A stretch of 64,000 nucleotides of DNA from positions 64,001-128,000 of the forward strand of contig CAVUZH010000018.1 in the NCBI GenBank assembly GCA_963745835.1, written 5' to 3'. The notes under the pieces are model-generated. The model saw nothing but the letters and a program-made list of their open reading frames with translations. It made no database searches and was not told the origin of the DNA. Source of the stretch: an uncultured delta proteobacterium. Lineage in GTDB: Bacteria > Desulfobacterota > Binatia > UBA9968. The translations under genes and the position numbers were made by a program. Shown here one piece after another: positions 1 to 12,390 of the stretch; position 1 is the stretch's first letter; each line of letters starts with the position of its first letter.

Positions 1-420
1 ACGTTGCTGACAAAAGCAGGCTTTTTCGATCAGGTCCAGAATTTAATCCGTCACGGCAGTGAGAGTCTTGGTCCGTCACATGTGGCATTTGGGCAGTTTG
101 TCGGAAGCTCTTTACTCTCGGCCATCCTCGACAATAACGTGGTCGCCGATTTCGCTTCGCGCGCACTCCATGGATTGCCCATCGATGTCATGCACCTGTT
201 TGCGATGGCACAGATAGCCGGCTATGCACTGGGGGGCTGCTGGACTCATATCGGCTCAGCGCAATCGGTGGTTGCTTATGCCTTCATCCGCCGCGACATC
301 GACGAGGACTATACGCCGGTGCAGTGGATTAAAGAGATGACTCCGATTATTGTCCAACTGCTGTTAGTGATTACGGTACTCATCTATGCCGAGGGAGCTT
401 TGTTCTCCTGGCTGAGTTAA
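1..420 (+). CDS. C-terminal part of ion-transporter superfamily (ArsB/NhaD/CitMHS-like) membrane protein, truncated by window edge
   Basis: Hydrophobic helices; motifs LSAILDNN and LGGCWTHIGSAQSVV resemble IT-superfamily SxxxxN / GGxxTxIGS. Confidence 0.6.
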   Translation, partial: TLLTKAGFFDQVQNLIRHGSESLGPSHVAFGQFVGSSLLSAILDNNVVADFASRALHGLPIDVMHLFAMAQIAGYALGGCWTHIGSAQSVVAYAFIRRDIDEDYTPVQWIKEMTPIIVQLLLVITVLIYAEGALFSWLS

Positions 421-586
421 GACTCGCCGCCTCGGAGATGTTCTGGCGATCATCATGGAAGATGGATTTATTTCCATTTATTGAGGCGGCCTTGGATTCC
501 GACTATGACTGTCAGTCATGTTGACGGTAGACCTTGAGCTGCGTTTTGCTTCCGAAATTAGGAACTCCCCCTATCAATGAGGTCTT

Positions 587-1661
587 ATGAAAATTGATGC
601 GCAACACGTTACACTTGTCGATCATCGTAAACTTACGCGCTTTGTGGCTGCTGCTTTTGAAAAACTAGGCGTGCCGCCACAGGACGCCGCAATCGCCGCG
701 AATGTTCTCGTCCTGGCTGATCTGCGGGGCGTGGATACCCATGGTGTCATCCGCTTTAATCCAGGAAGCTGGTATGTGAAATGGTTGCGCGATGGCGAAA
801 TGAGTCCGGCGCCTAAGATTCATATCGTATCCGATGCTGGATCATCCGCTTTGCTAGACGGTGACCGCGGAATCGGCATGGTGATCGGCCATCGCGCAAT
901 GGAATTAGCAATTGAAAAAGCCAAGGTTTGCGGGGTCGGCATGGTAGGAGTTTGCAACAGCCGACACTTCGGCATGTCCGCATACTACGCGATGCAAGCC
1001 TTACCGCATGACATGATCGGTATCGCAATGACGAATGCAGGGCGCCAAGTGGTGCCGACGTTTGGCAGCGAAGCAAGATTCGGAACTAACCCGATTTGTT
1101 TTGCCGCGCCTGCACGGAAAGAGCTTCCTTTTGTCATCGACATGGCGACGACGACCGCCGCTGCGGGAAAACTGGAGGTCGCGGCGCGCCGCGGCGCGTC
1201 GATTCCCCTGGGGATGGGCGCTAGACGAGAAAGCTCAGCCTACGACCGACCCGAGGATTGCGCAGAAGGCTCGGTTGCTGTTGCCCTTGGGCGGCACTCG
1301 AGAAGGCGGCAGTCACAAAGGGTACGGCTTGGCGATCTTAGTCGAGATTCTTTGCGGCGTTTTGACCGGCACGGTGACTGCGCTGAATCAAAATCAGGAC
1401 CCGCGAGGTCACTTCTTCGCGGCTATCAAGATCGACGCATTTCGCCCCGTCAGCGAATTCAAAAACGACATGGACCGACTAATCAACGAGTTGAAGTCGA
1501 CTCGACACATAGAAGGCCAAGAGCGAGTCTACGTCGCCGGCGAAATAGAATTCGAAACGGCAAAGCGCAGAGCCGAGAAAGGTATTCCTTTGCTCGGCTC
1601 TGTAATCAAAGGTTTGCGCGATGTTGGCCAACAACTCGACATTGCCTATGACCTTGAGTAG
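587..1661 (+). CDS. Ldh_2 (malate/L-lactate/ureidoglycolate dehydrogenase type 2) family oxidoreductase, frameshifted near 1210
   Basis: DLRGVDTHG, SRHFG and FGTNP in the first frame; WALD...LLPLGG...GSHKGYGL continue in a second frame after CCCCTGGGGATGGG. Confidence 0.85.
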
Positions 1662-1686
1662 CGCTCTTGTCTGATCGTTCTCAGCA

Positions 1687-2286
1687 TCAGTAAGAACCGC
1701 GGCTGATGATTACTTGTTGAATCACAATCTCCTTCATAGGTTTATCCCGAAAATCGCGTCCGACGTTGGCGACTGCGTCGAGCACGTTCTGTCCTTTTAC
1801 TACTTCGCCGAAGACACTGTGCTTGCCGTCCAGCCACGGTGTCGCTTTGTGGGTGATGAAGAACTGGCTGCCGTTGGTATTGGGGCCGGCATTGGCCATC
1901 GAAAGAATTCCGCTTTTGTTATGCTTAAGCTCCGGGTGGAACTCGTCCTCGAAACGATAACCAGGGCCGCCGGTGCCGTTACCGAGCGGATCACCCCCTT
2001 GGATCATGAATCCCGGGATCACGCGGTGAAAGATCGTTCCGTTATAGAGCGGCCGCTTTACTTTCTCGCCGGTTTTGGGATCTGTCCACTCCTTGGTACC
2101 GCTCGCGAGACCGATAAAATTAGCCACCGTTTTGGGCGCCTTGTCCTCGAAGAGCTCGACCACGATGTCGCCCATGCTGGTCTTGAAGGTTGCGTAAACC
2201 GGGGCTTTTTTGTCCGTCGACTGCCCTGCTATGGCGATTGAGGTCCAGGTGATTAGCACCACAATCATCCGAAAAATTTTCGACAT
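1687..2286 (-). CDS. Cyclophilin-type peptidyl-prolyl cis-trans isomerase with signal peptide
   Basis: [42 protein letters not shown]; start placed at ATG 2286. Confidence 0.95.
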   Translation of the reverse strand: MSKIFRMIVVLITWTSIAIAGQSTDKKAPVYATFKTSMGDIVVELFEDKAPKTVANFIGLASGTKEWTDPKTGEKVKRPLYNGTIFHRVIPGFMIQGGDPLGNGTGGPGYRFEDEFHPELKHNKSGILSMANAGPNTNGSQFFITHKATPWLDGKHSVFGEVVKGQNVLDAVANVGRDFRDKPMKEIVIQQVIISRGSY

Positions 2287-2634
2287 TCTTGCCTCACTCC
2301 TTGTGATTCTTGCATGTTCGCCAACTTTCAACATATAGCCTCATTAGCCTCATCGCTGCGGCGGATTGTCATCCTGCATTCGCACCCTTAATGATTAAAC
2401 TTCGCGGCTCGCGCGAGTATTGCGGAATCAAATGCATTCTTTTCTGTGGGACGTGCTGCGTAACTGAAAGTGCTTTCAAACTAAGCAATTCATGCAGCAC
2501 CGTCAAGGAATTTGCGCAGGCATCGTGACTTGCAGATCTCTGCTTTCCAAATCAGTGGCGGCTAAGATGAAGATGCTTGCTGTTCGGAGCGATTACGGAG
2601 AGCGCAGAATAACCTCACTTTTAAGTTCAGTGTT

Positions 2635-2663
2635 TTGACAATGATATTTCGGGATGGTATAGC
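2635..2663 (+). promoter_or_regulatory. sigma70-type promoter of bactofilin/atp operon
   Basis: TTGACA-17 nt-TATAGC with TG extension, 30 nt before the ATG at 2693. Confidence 0.7.
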
Positions 2664-2692
2664 AAATTTGCTCGGAATAGGGGACTCACTAT

Positions 2693-3259
2693 ATGGCGTG
2701 GTTCGATCGAAACTCTGGTGGAAAGAAAATTCCAGAGGCAGAGGCGGAGAAAGCTTCCATGCCAGCTCAGTCAACTCCGGAACCTGAACCGCCGCCCGTC
2801 TCGGTCGCGCCTAAGGCCAAAGTCGAACGTGTCCCTACACCTTCCGAACCACGACTTGTCGGTCACCTTCATAAAGGAAGTCGGATCACGGGTCAGCTTG
2901 CTTTCGAAGGGTCGGTTCGCATCGATGGAAGCGTTGAAGGAGAGATCCGCTGTCTCGAGACATTGACGATCGGCGAAGGTGCTGAAGTGCGGGCGAGAAT
3001 ATCAAGCCGAGTCGTCATCATCCGTGGGAAAGTAGAAGGCAATGTAACAGCCAAAGATAGAGTCGAGTTGCTGACGCCAGGTCGGCTGTTTGGCAATGTC
3101 TCGACCCCCCGTCTGATCATCACCGAGGGTGTGGTGTTCGACGGCGACTGCTCTATGGGAGCGGCAAAAGAAGGTGGAGTCGCGGGTTCGAAAAGCTTAA
3201 ACGCTGAAAAGGTTGCGGTGGCTCAAGCATCGAAACTACAGCCGGATTCCAGTAAGTAA
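2693..3259 (+). CDS. Bactofilin (polymer-forming cytoskeletal protein) with Pro-rich N-terminal linker
   Basis: Beta-helix repeats GSRITGQL..EGSVRIDGSVEGEI, IGEGAEV, GKVEGNV, EGVVFDGDCSM. Confidence 0.9.
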   Translation: MAWFDRNSGGKKIPEAEAEKASMPAQSTPEPEPPPVSVAPKAKVERVPTPSEPRLVGHLHKGSRITGQLAFEGSVRIDGSVEGEIRCLETLTIGEGAEVRARISSRVVIIRGKVEGNVTAKDRVELLTPGRLFGNVSTPRLIITEGVVFDGDCSMGAAKEGGVAGSKSLNAEKVAVAQASKLQPDSSK

Positions 3260-3403
3260 CCTCAGTATTCGCCGTTTTCCCATCCGGTTTCTTACGTTCA
3301 GACATAGACGGATCGTCGCAAACTCTGGCTGGGTCCATTTAAGCCTGGGCTAGGATCAACCGGACCGTGGCTCCGGACATAGACGTATGGTTTACGGATT
3401 GTC

Positions 3404-3832
3404 ATGATCACAATAGACATTTCTGTAGTTTGGCAGATTGTGTTGTTTCTCGGCCTTTGGCTAATCGTCAGCAAGGTCGTGTTTCGTCCCTATATGGCGC
3501 TACTGGACGAGCGAGAACAGAAAACCACCGGCGCAGATGATAGTGCTTACCATCTGGAACATGAAGCAGAGCGGCTGCGTGCGCAATACGAGGAAGCCAT
3601 CGCTAATGCGGCAGCCACGGGAAACGCGACCAAGGAAGCGATTGTTCAACAAGCCCGGCAGCAAAGGGAGGAGCTCTTGGGTTCCGCGCGAGAGGAAGCC
3701 GCTGGTATTCTGGAGCGAGTACGTCAAGAGGTTCAAAGCCAGTTATCCCAAGAGCGCGAATTAACCATTCGAGAGGCTGATGCGGTTGCCCATGATATGG
3801 TCAGTAAGATCCTCGGCAGGAGAGTGGGATGA
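3404..3832 (+). CDS. atpF: ATP synthase F0 subunit b'
   Basis: N-terminal TM helix, FRP..LLDERE, coiled coil; heads atp cluster. Confidence 0.85.
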   Translation: MITIDISVVWQIVLFLGLWLIVSKVVFRPYMALLDEREQKTTGADDSAYHLEHEAERLRAQYEEAIANAAATGNATKEAIVQQARQQREELLGSAREEAAGILERVRQEVQSQLSQERELTIREADAVAHDMVSKILGRRVG

Positions 3833-4374
3833 ACCCGGGCGACTGGTTTTTCGTGGCTGAAGCCTGGGCGGCCGGTGGCGCTGAGCATCACGCGCCCGAG
3901 ATATCCGGCATTATTTTTCCACTTCTGAATTTTCTGATTTATGCCGGGATCATTTATTACTTCGCAGTTCCACTGATCCGTAACTTTTTAAAAGCGAGGC
4001 ATGATGAGGTTTTGGCCACAGTCACCGGAGCCGCGGCACGGAAGCGGAGCGCCGAGGCTTTGGTTGCGGATTATAGAAGCCGTCTAGCTAAGCTCAACCA
4101 GGAGATTGAATCCATCCAAGCCTCGCTGAAAGCCGAAGGCGAACGAGACAAAGCGCGCCTGCTCAGAGAGGCTGAAGCTCTTGGTGCCAAGATCAAGAGC
4201 GATGCTCACCTGCTTGCGGAGCAAGAGGTCAAGGCTGCCAAGCACCAGGTATTTCTCGAGTTAGCCGAAAGAGCCAAAGCCAACGCCACAGATCTGATTC
4301 GGCGCCATTTGTCGCAGGCCGACCAAGGCAGATTGGTCGAAGAGTTTATCAACGACCTCGGGCAGGTTAGATGA
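3829..4374 (+). CDS. atpF: ATP synthase F0 subunit b
   Basis: TM helix LLNFLIY, coiled coil, DQGRLVEEFI; operon position. Confidence 0.85.
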   Translation: MNPGDWFFVAEAWAAGGAEHHAPEISGIIFPLLNFLIYAGIIYYFAVPLIRNFLKARHDEVLATVTGAAARKRSAEALVADYRSRLAKLNQEIESIQASLKAEGERDKARLLREAEALGAKIKSDAHLLAEQEVKAAKHQVFLELAERAKANATDLIRRHLSQADQGRLVEEFINDLGQVR

Positions 4375-4913
4375 TCGAAGATAGTTTAAGTCGCAGATAC
4401 TCCAAGGCGCTCTTTGAACTGGCTCGAGAATCCGGGCAGGAAGAGAGCATTGGCGACCAATTGAAGATGTTTTTGTCCGCATCCACTGAGTCGCGTCTCG
4501 GTGCTGTTTTGAGTAATCCGGGCTTCGCTTTGGACAGTCGAAAGAAAATCCTGCTGCAAGTTGCGAAAACTCTGCAGCTCTCTTCTGTAACGGAACATTT
4601 TTTGTCGCTCCTGCTCGATCGAGATCGCTTGGGTTTTGTTCCTGCGGTCATCGCCAGCTACCGGCATCTTGTGAATCAGGCCAAGGGACGTATCGACGCC
4701 AAAGTCACTGCTGCAGAACCTTTGGGATCGATGGTTATGCAGCGCCTGCGTGACTCATTGCGCCGGCTGTCCGGAAAAGACGTGATCCTCCAAGAGGAAG
4801 CCGATCCCGAGCTCATCGGCGGTCTAGTAGTAGAGTTTCAGGGTAAAATTTACGACGGAAGTGTGCGGACGCAGCTCGAAAAGATGAAGCAACGTATCGC
4901 GCGCGGTTTTTGA
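4371..4913 (+). CDS. atpH: ATP synthase F1 subunit delta
   Basis: RRYSKALFE...DPELIGG...YDGSVRTQL. Confidence 0.95.
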   Translation: MIEDSLSRRYSKALFELARESGQEESIGDQLKMFLSASTESRLGAVLSNPGFALDSRKKILLQVAKTLQLSSVTEHFLSLLLDRDRLGFVPAVIASYRHLVNQAKGRIDAKVTAAEPLGSMVMQRLRDSLRRLSGKDVILQEEADPELIGGLVVEFQGKIYDGSVRTQLEKMKQRIARGF

Positions 4914-4923
4914 AGGAGTCTAG

Positions 4924-6431
4924 ATGGAGATCGGAACAGCGGAGATCAGTCGGATTATCAAAGAGCAGATTCGTGACTACGAAAAAACGGTGGAGGTCCA
5001 AGAGATCGGCACTGTGCTTTCGACCGGAGATGGGATTGCGCGGATTTACGGCCTGGACCGGGTCGCCGCCGGTGAGTTGCTTGAGTTTCCTCATAACATA
5101 TACGGTTTGACGCTCAATCTTGAGGAAGACAACGTCGGCGCCGCGTTATTCGGCGAGACTCACATGATCCGCGAGGGCGACACGGTCAAACGCACCGGAC
5201 GTATCGCGGAGGTACCGGTAGGAAAACCGCTGATCGGACGCGTCGTCAACGCCTTGGGCGAAGCAATCGATGGTCGTGGCCCGATAGAGACCACTGAGCG
5301 TCGGCGGATCGAGATAAAAGCCCCCGGGATCGTTGCACGCCAGCCGGTGAAAGAGCCGCTGCAAACCGGATTGAAGGCCATCGATGCGATGATCCCGATC
5401 GGAAGGGGTCAACGCGAGCTGATCATCGGCGATCGGCAAACCGGCAAGACCGCAGTTGCCGTGGATACAATCATCAATCAAAAAGGCGGCAATGTCATCT
5501 GTATTTACGTTGCCATAGGGCAGAAGCGTTCCACGGTCGCGCAAGTGGTCGATAAGCTGCGCGAGAGCGGCGCTATGGACTACAGTATCGTGGTCGCCGC
5601 CACCGCTTCAGACTCGGCGCCGCTTCAATACATTGCTCCTTACAGCGGCTGTACCATAGGCGAATACATTCGCGATAATGGTGGCCACGCGCTAGTGATT
5701 TACGACGATCTGTCAAAACACGCCGTGGCCTATCGGCAGCTCTCGTTGTTACTTCGCCGTCCGCCCGGACGTGAAGCTTATCCCGGCGATGTTTTTTATC
5801 TTCACTCTCGATTGCTGGAACGCGCCGCAAAAATGAGCGATGACATGGGCGCCGGATCTCTTACGGCACTGCCGATTATTGAAACCCAGGCGGGCGACGT
5901 CTCGGCGTACATTCCGACCAATGTTATTTCCATCACCGACGGCCAGATCTTTTTGGAAAGCGATCTTTTTTATTCGGGCGTTCGACCAGCGATCAATGTC
6001 GGAATTTCGGTTTCCCGGGTCGGCGGTAACGCGCAAATAAAAGCCATGAAGCAAGTTGCCGGTACTCTGCGGCTCGAGCTCGCGCAATATCGTGAAATGG
6101 CGGCCTTCGCGCAATTCGGTTCGGATCTAGACCAAGCAACACAACGGCAGCTCAATCGCGGTAGCCGCCTGGTTGAACTGTTAAAGCAGGGACAATACGA
6201 GCCGCTGCCGGTCGAGAAGCAGATATTAATCATTTTTGCCGGCACCAATGGTTTTATTGACGATCTCCCGCTGACAGCAATGAAGAAATACGAGCAAGAG
6301 CTGTTCTCATTCGTCGAATCCAAGTATCCGGACGTTTTTGCCGATATTCTCAAGAAACGGGAGATGGACGCGGATTTGCGCGCCAAAACGATCAAGGTGC
6401 TGGAAGAGTTTAAGCTCGCTTTCAAACCATA

Positions 6432-6432
<1 letters not shown>
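4924..6432 (+). CDS. atpA: ATP synthase F1 subunit alpha
   Basis: GDRQTGKT Walker [22 protein letters not shown]. Confidence 0.99.
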
Positions 6433-8727
<2,295 letters not shown>

Positions 8728-8806
8728 CCGTCCTGAGACCAGAGTAGAAGAACGGCTCGACTGTTCGTTGCTGTTAATTGTCCTTTGACTGGATTCTCCA
8801 CGGATC

Positions 8807-9224
8807 ATGGCAGACAAAATTAGACTTAAAGTGGTGACCCCTGGCCGACTCCTTTTCGATGAGGAGGTAGACGAGGTTACTGCGCCCGGAGTGAAGGGCG
8901 AATTCGGCGTGTTGCCGAATCATATTTCGTTCCTGACCCTTCTAGAACCCGGTGAGATGAGCTATAAACAAGGAGCAACAAGACGATTTCTCGCCCTTAG
9001 CGGCGGATATGCTGAGGTGTTGGATAATGTCATGACCGTCCTGGCGCCGGCGGCTGAATTCGGTCGTCGAGATCGATGTCATTCGAGCCCGCGCCGCCAA
9101 GGAGAAGGCCGAGAGGCGACTAAGCGAAACGCAATTTGAGGACAAGAGTTTCGCTACGGCCCAAGAAGCACTGCGGAAATCCCTCATCCGACTGCAGGTC
9201 GCCGGCAAAGAAGCGAGAAAATAG
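8807..9224 (+). CDS. atpC: ATP synthase F1 subunit epsilon, frameshifted near 9062
   Basis: VVTP...GEFGVLPNH in the first frame; the C-terminal helices EIDVIRARAAKEKAERRL...RLQVAGKEARK* lie in another frame ending at TAG 9222-9224. Confidence 0.92.
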
Positions 9225-9248
9225 CAGGACAAGGAGGAGCAATATTTT

Positions 9249-10382
9249 ATGGCTAAAGCCGCTACCAAAGAACCCGTCATCACCATGTGGAGCAAGGAAT
9301 TCACCTATGATCGCTGGATGAAATCCCAGGGAATTCCCATCCATGGGGGCTACTATATAGAAGATTTGCGAAAAGTTGAGTTGGAATGGTGGGAGGAGCG
9401 GGGTTCCCGGGCAGCATTTATCCAGCTCAATGGTCAAGAAGGCGTTACCGCTTCGCGTGTGTCGGAGGTTCCTGCGGGTAAGTCGCTGCCGCCGGTTAAA
9501 TTCGCTTTAGATGAAATCGTTTACGTATTGTCCGGCCGCGGCTTAACCACTGTATGGGCCAGCGAAGGTAAAGCGAAAAAGAGTTTCGAGTGGCAAGAGC
9601 ATTCAATGTTCCTGGTGCCGCGCAATCATTGGCATGTGTTCAGTAATATGCAAGGCGACAAACCGGTCCGGCTTTTTCACTATAGCTATATGCCAATCGC
9701 TATGTCTGCGCTGCCTGAACCGGACATGTACTTCAACAATCCGTACGAGCCGAAGATTAGCGTTGGCGATGGCGATTTTTATTCCGAAGCAAAGTTGGTT
9801 CAGGCCAAAGATGCCGATGAAGGACTCGGCATGCGGGCATTTTGGTATGGAAACTTCTTCCCCGACATGCGCGCCTGGAACAAGCTCGATGCCAATGAAC
9901 GGCGCGGCGCCGGCGGCAAGAGTGTCTTCATGCAGTTTCCTAATTCGGAATTAACCGCGCACATGTCGGTCTTCGCGCCGCAAACATATAAGAAAGCACA
10001 CCGGCACGGCCCGGGGCGCGCAATCATTATTCCCGCTGGCGAGGGTTATTCGATTATGTGGGAAGAGGGCAAAGAAAAGATCGTGTGTCCGTGGCACGAA
10101 TGCAGCATGGTGACGCCGCCCGACAAATGGTTCCATCAGCATTTCAATGCCGGTGGCGATATGGCGCGGTATCTGGCGCTTCACCCACCAATGCAGTTTC
10201 ACGGTCATGCGGAGAAAATCGAGGATCGTGCCAAAGATCAAATTGAATATCCGAACGAAGATCCGTTCATCCGCCGCAAGTTTGAGGAAGAACTCGCCAA
10301 GCGGGGGATCAAGAGCATCATGCCGGATGAATGTTATAGCAATCCGGACTATGAGTGGTCCAAAGCCATGGGTAAACAGTAA
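9249..10382 (+). CDS. Bicupin protein, gentisate-1,2-dioxygenase-like fold, function unknown (paralog 1)
   Basis: Two cupin repeats; C-terminal one has HRHGPG...WFHQHFN metal motif; AGGAG RBS. Confidence 0.75.
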   Translation: MAKAATKEPVITMWSKEFTYDRWMKSQGIPIHGGYYIEDLRKVELEWWEERGSRAAFIQLNGQEGVTASRVSEVPAGKSLPPVKFALDEIVYVLSGRGLTTVWASEGKAKKSFEWQEHSMFLVPRNHWHVFSNMQGDKPVRLFHYSYMPIAMSALPEPDMYFNNPYEPKISVGDGDFYSEAKLVQAKDADEGLGMRAFWYGNFFPDMRAWNKLDANERRGAGGKSVFMQFPNSELTAHMSVFAPQTYKKAHRHGPGRAIIIPAGEGYSIMWEEGKEKIVCPWHECSMVTPPDKWFHQHFNAGGDMARYLALHPPMQFHGHAEKIEDRAKDQIEYPNEDPFIRRKFEEELAKRGIKSIMPDECYSNPDYEWSKAMGKQ

Positions 10383-10404
10383 ACTTCAAAGGATTGTTTC
10401 CGAC

Positions 10405-10446
10405 AAAAATAAGAATCCCCGCCGTTGCGCGGGGATTCTTATTTTT
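10405..10446 (+). terminator. Intrinsic terminator, possibly bidirectional
   Basis: AAAAATAAGAATCCCCGC-loop-GCGGGGATTCTTATTTTT perfect inverted repeat. Confidence 0.85.
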
Positions 10447-10490
10447 ACATGGTAAGGAAGAAGACCAATTATAAGTTATAAGGCGGAAGA

Positions 10491-12008
10491 ATGCACGACG
10501 ACATATACGATCATGATCACCCGGACAATTTCATCATTAAAGAAGATGAAATCGTCACCGATATCGAAGGCCTGGAAATGTTCTCGCTTAAAAGCGTCGG
10601 CATCGATATCGGTTCTTCGACTTCCCATCTGATTTTTTCACAGATCACGCTACGACGTGAGGGCGCCTCGCTTTCAGGCAGGTTTAAGGTCACCAATCGG
10701 GAAGTGCTATATCGCTCGCCGATCATGTTAACACCTTATGTGTCGGCGACGAAAATCGATACGGACAAGGTAAATGCCTTTATTCATAGCGCGTACAAAG
10801 AAGCCGGCTTGACGCCGGAAGATGTCGACACCGGCGCGGTGATCATCACCGGCGAGGCGCTCAAGAAAGAAAACGCTCAACCAATCGTCGAAGCCTTTGC
10901 CAAATATTCCGGTAAGTTTATTTGCGCCGCCGCGGGTCATAATCACGAGGCACTGCTAGCCGCTTACGGTTGTGGTGCGGTGGACTTATCAAAAACCGAG
11001 CACAAGACGGTTTTAAACGTCGATATGGGCGGCGGCACGACCAAGTTTTCGTTGGTTGAAGACGGCGTGGTTTCGCAAACGGCCTCCATCAACATCGGCG
11101 CGCGACTCATCGCCTTCGACGAGAAGGATACAATTACTCGCATCGAGGACGCTGGCCGGATGATGATGAAAGAGATCGGTCACACGGTTGCCCTCGGCCA
11201 GCGAATAACCGAGCAGCAAAAGGAGGATTTCGGCGCTTACATGGCGAAAATCCTTTTTGAAGTTATCGAGCAAGGAGCGACATCTGCGATGGCCAAACGA
11301 CTGATGGTCACTCCGCCTTTCGTGAATTATCGAGGGTTCAAACAGATCCATCATCTTGTCTTCTCCGGGGGTGTTTCGGAGCACGTCTATGATCGTGATT
11401 CCAGAGCTTACGGCGATATCGGTCCGGTACTTGGCGGTAATATGCGTGACTACCTGAAGAAGCTGCCGAAGGGTGTGCTCCGTGAGCCGATTGAAGGGAT
11501 TCGCGCCACTGTAATCGGCGCCGGGGAATATACTATTCAGGCCAGCGGCAACACCAGTTACGTTTCCAATGTCGAAGCCTTGCCAGTGCATGGCTTGAAG
11601 GTGATTCAGGCGGCATTGCGCAAAGATGTCTCTGTAGAAACGGCACTCAGGCAAGCGCTGGCAAAGTTCGACTTGCCGCATTTTACTTCGGGTTTGGCAT
11701 TGTCTCTCACTATCGATGGACAACCGGACTATCAATCGGTGCGCAAGTTGGCCGAAGGCATCGCCGAGGTTTTGCGGGATTCCGAAGACAATGAGTGTCC
11801 ACTCTATCTGACGCTTGATGTAGATATCGCCAAATCGTTAGGCGGAATTTTACGAGACGAACTGAAGATTGATCGCGATATCATTGCAGTGGATGGTATC
11901 GAGGTTGGGGATTTGGACTATATCGATATTGGTGAGTGCTTGGGGATTACCGAGGTTATCCCGGTCACCGTCAAGTCGTTGATGTTTCCAACCACCAACA
12001 GCGATTAA
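10491..12008 (+). CDS. eutA: EutA-like ASKHA ATPase (ethanolamine ammonia-lyase reactivase family)
   Basis: SVGIDIGSSTSH, TGAVIITGEA, NVDMGGGTT, RATVIGAG, DYIDIGE, IPVTVKSLMF are EutA hallmarks. Confidence 0.85.
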   Translation: MHDDIYDHDHPDNFIIKEDEIVTDIEGLEMFSLKSVGIDIGSSTSHLIFSQITLRREGASLSGRFKVTNREVLYRSPIMLTPYVSATKIDTDKVNAFIHSAYKEAGLTPEDVDTGAVIITGEALKKENAQPIVEAFAKYSGKFICAAAGHNHEALLAAYGCGAVDLSKTEHKTVLNVDMGGGTTKFSLVEDGVVSQTASINIGARLIAFDEKDTITRIEDAGRMMMKEIGHTVALGQRITEQQKEDFGAYMAKILFEVIEQGATSAMAKRLMVTPPFVNYRGFKQIHHLVFSGGVSEHVYDRDSRAYGDIGPVLGGNMRDYLKKLPKGVLREPIEGIRATVIGAGEYTIQASGNTSYVSNVEALPVHGLKVIQAALRKDVSVETALRQALAKFDLPHFTSGLALSLTIDGQPDYQSVRKLAEGIAEVLRDSEDNECPLYLTLDVDIAKSLGGILRDELKIDRDIIAVDGIEVGDLDYIDIGECLGITEVIPVTVKSLMFPTTNSD

Positions 12009-12390
12009 ATTTGCCACTCTATCTTCAACCTCAGCCTCTGATCTGTTTCTAGCAGCAGAGAGCTGAAAGTAATCCCGACAGCCGGCTGAGTGCCACCCGT
12101 GGGCGGGCAAATCTTGCGATTTAATCATCGAAATTATATCTAGGTTGCCGCCCTCGATCCGCAACATAGTTAATTGGGCAGATTACTTGCCCGCGAGGGT
12201 CTTTTGCTGATTTCGCAATGCGTCCTGTTTCCGCTCAAGCCCACGCGTTATGTTGAACTAATCTGACACGCAACACGGCTTCGTTCGATGGCGCTGCATA
12301 TTGCTGCGGTCAGTCACGCCGGACGTGCAATTTATTTCAATTTTCAACGATGATATGACTCGTGAAGTTACCTGCGGAGGAAAAGAAACC

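Noticed and set aside
3301-3385. GACATAGACG direct repeat (two copies) before atpF'
   Set aside because: Only two 10-bp copies; not an array and could be chance
12100-12200. Cobalamin or c-di-GMP-I riboswitch next to eutA
   Set aside because: Only short fragments (CCGCAAC, GGGCAAA) match; the B12 box and second GEMM stem were not found
12289-12304. sigma54-like TGGCGC...TTGC upstream of cupin 2
   Set aside because: GG-to-GC spacing is 11 nt rather than the required 10
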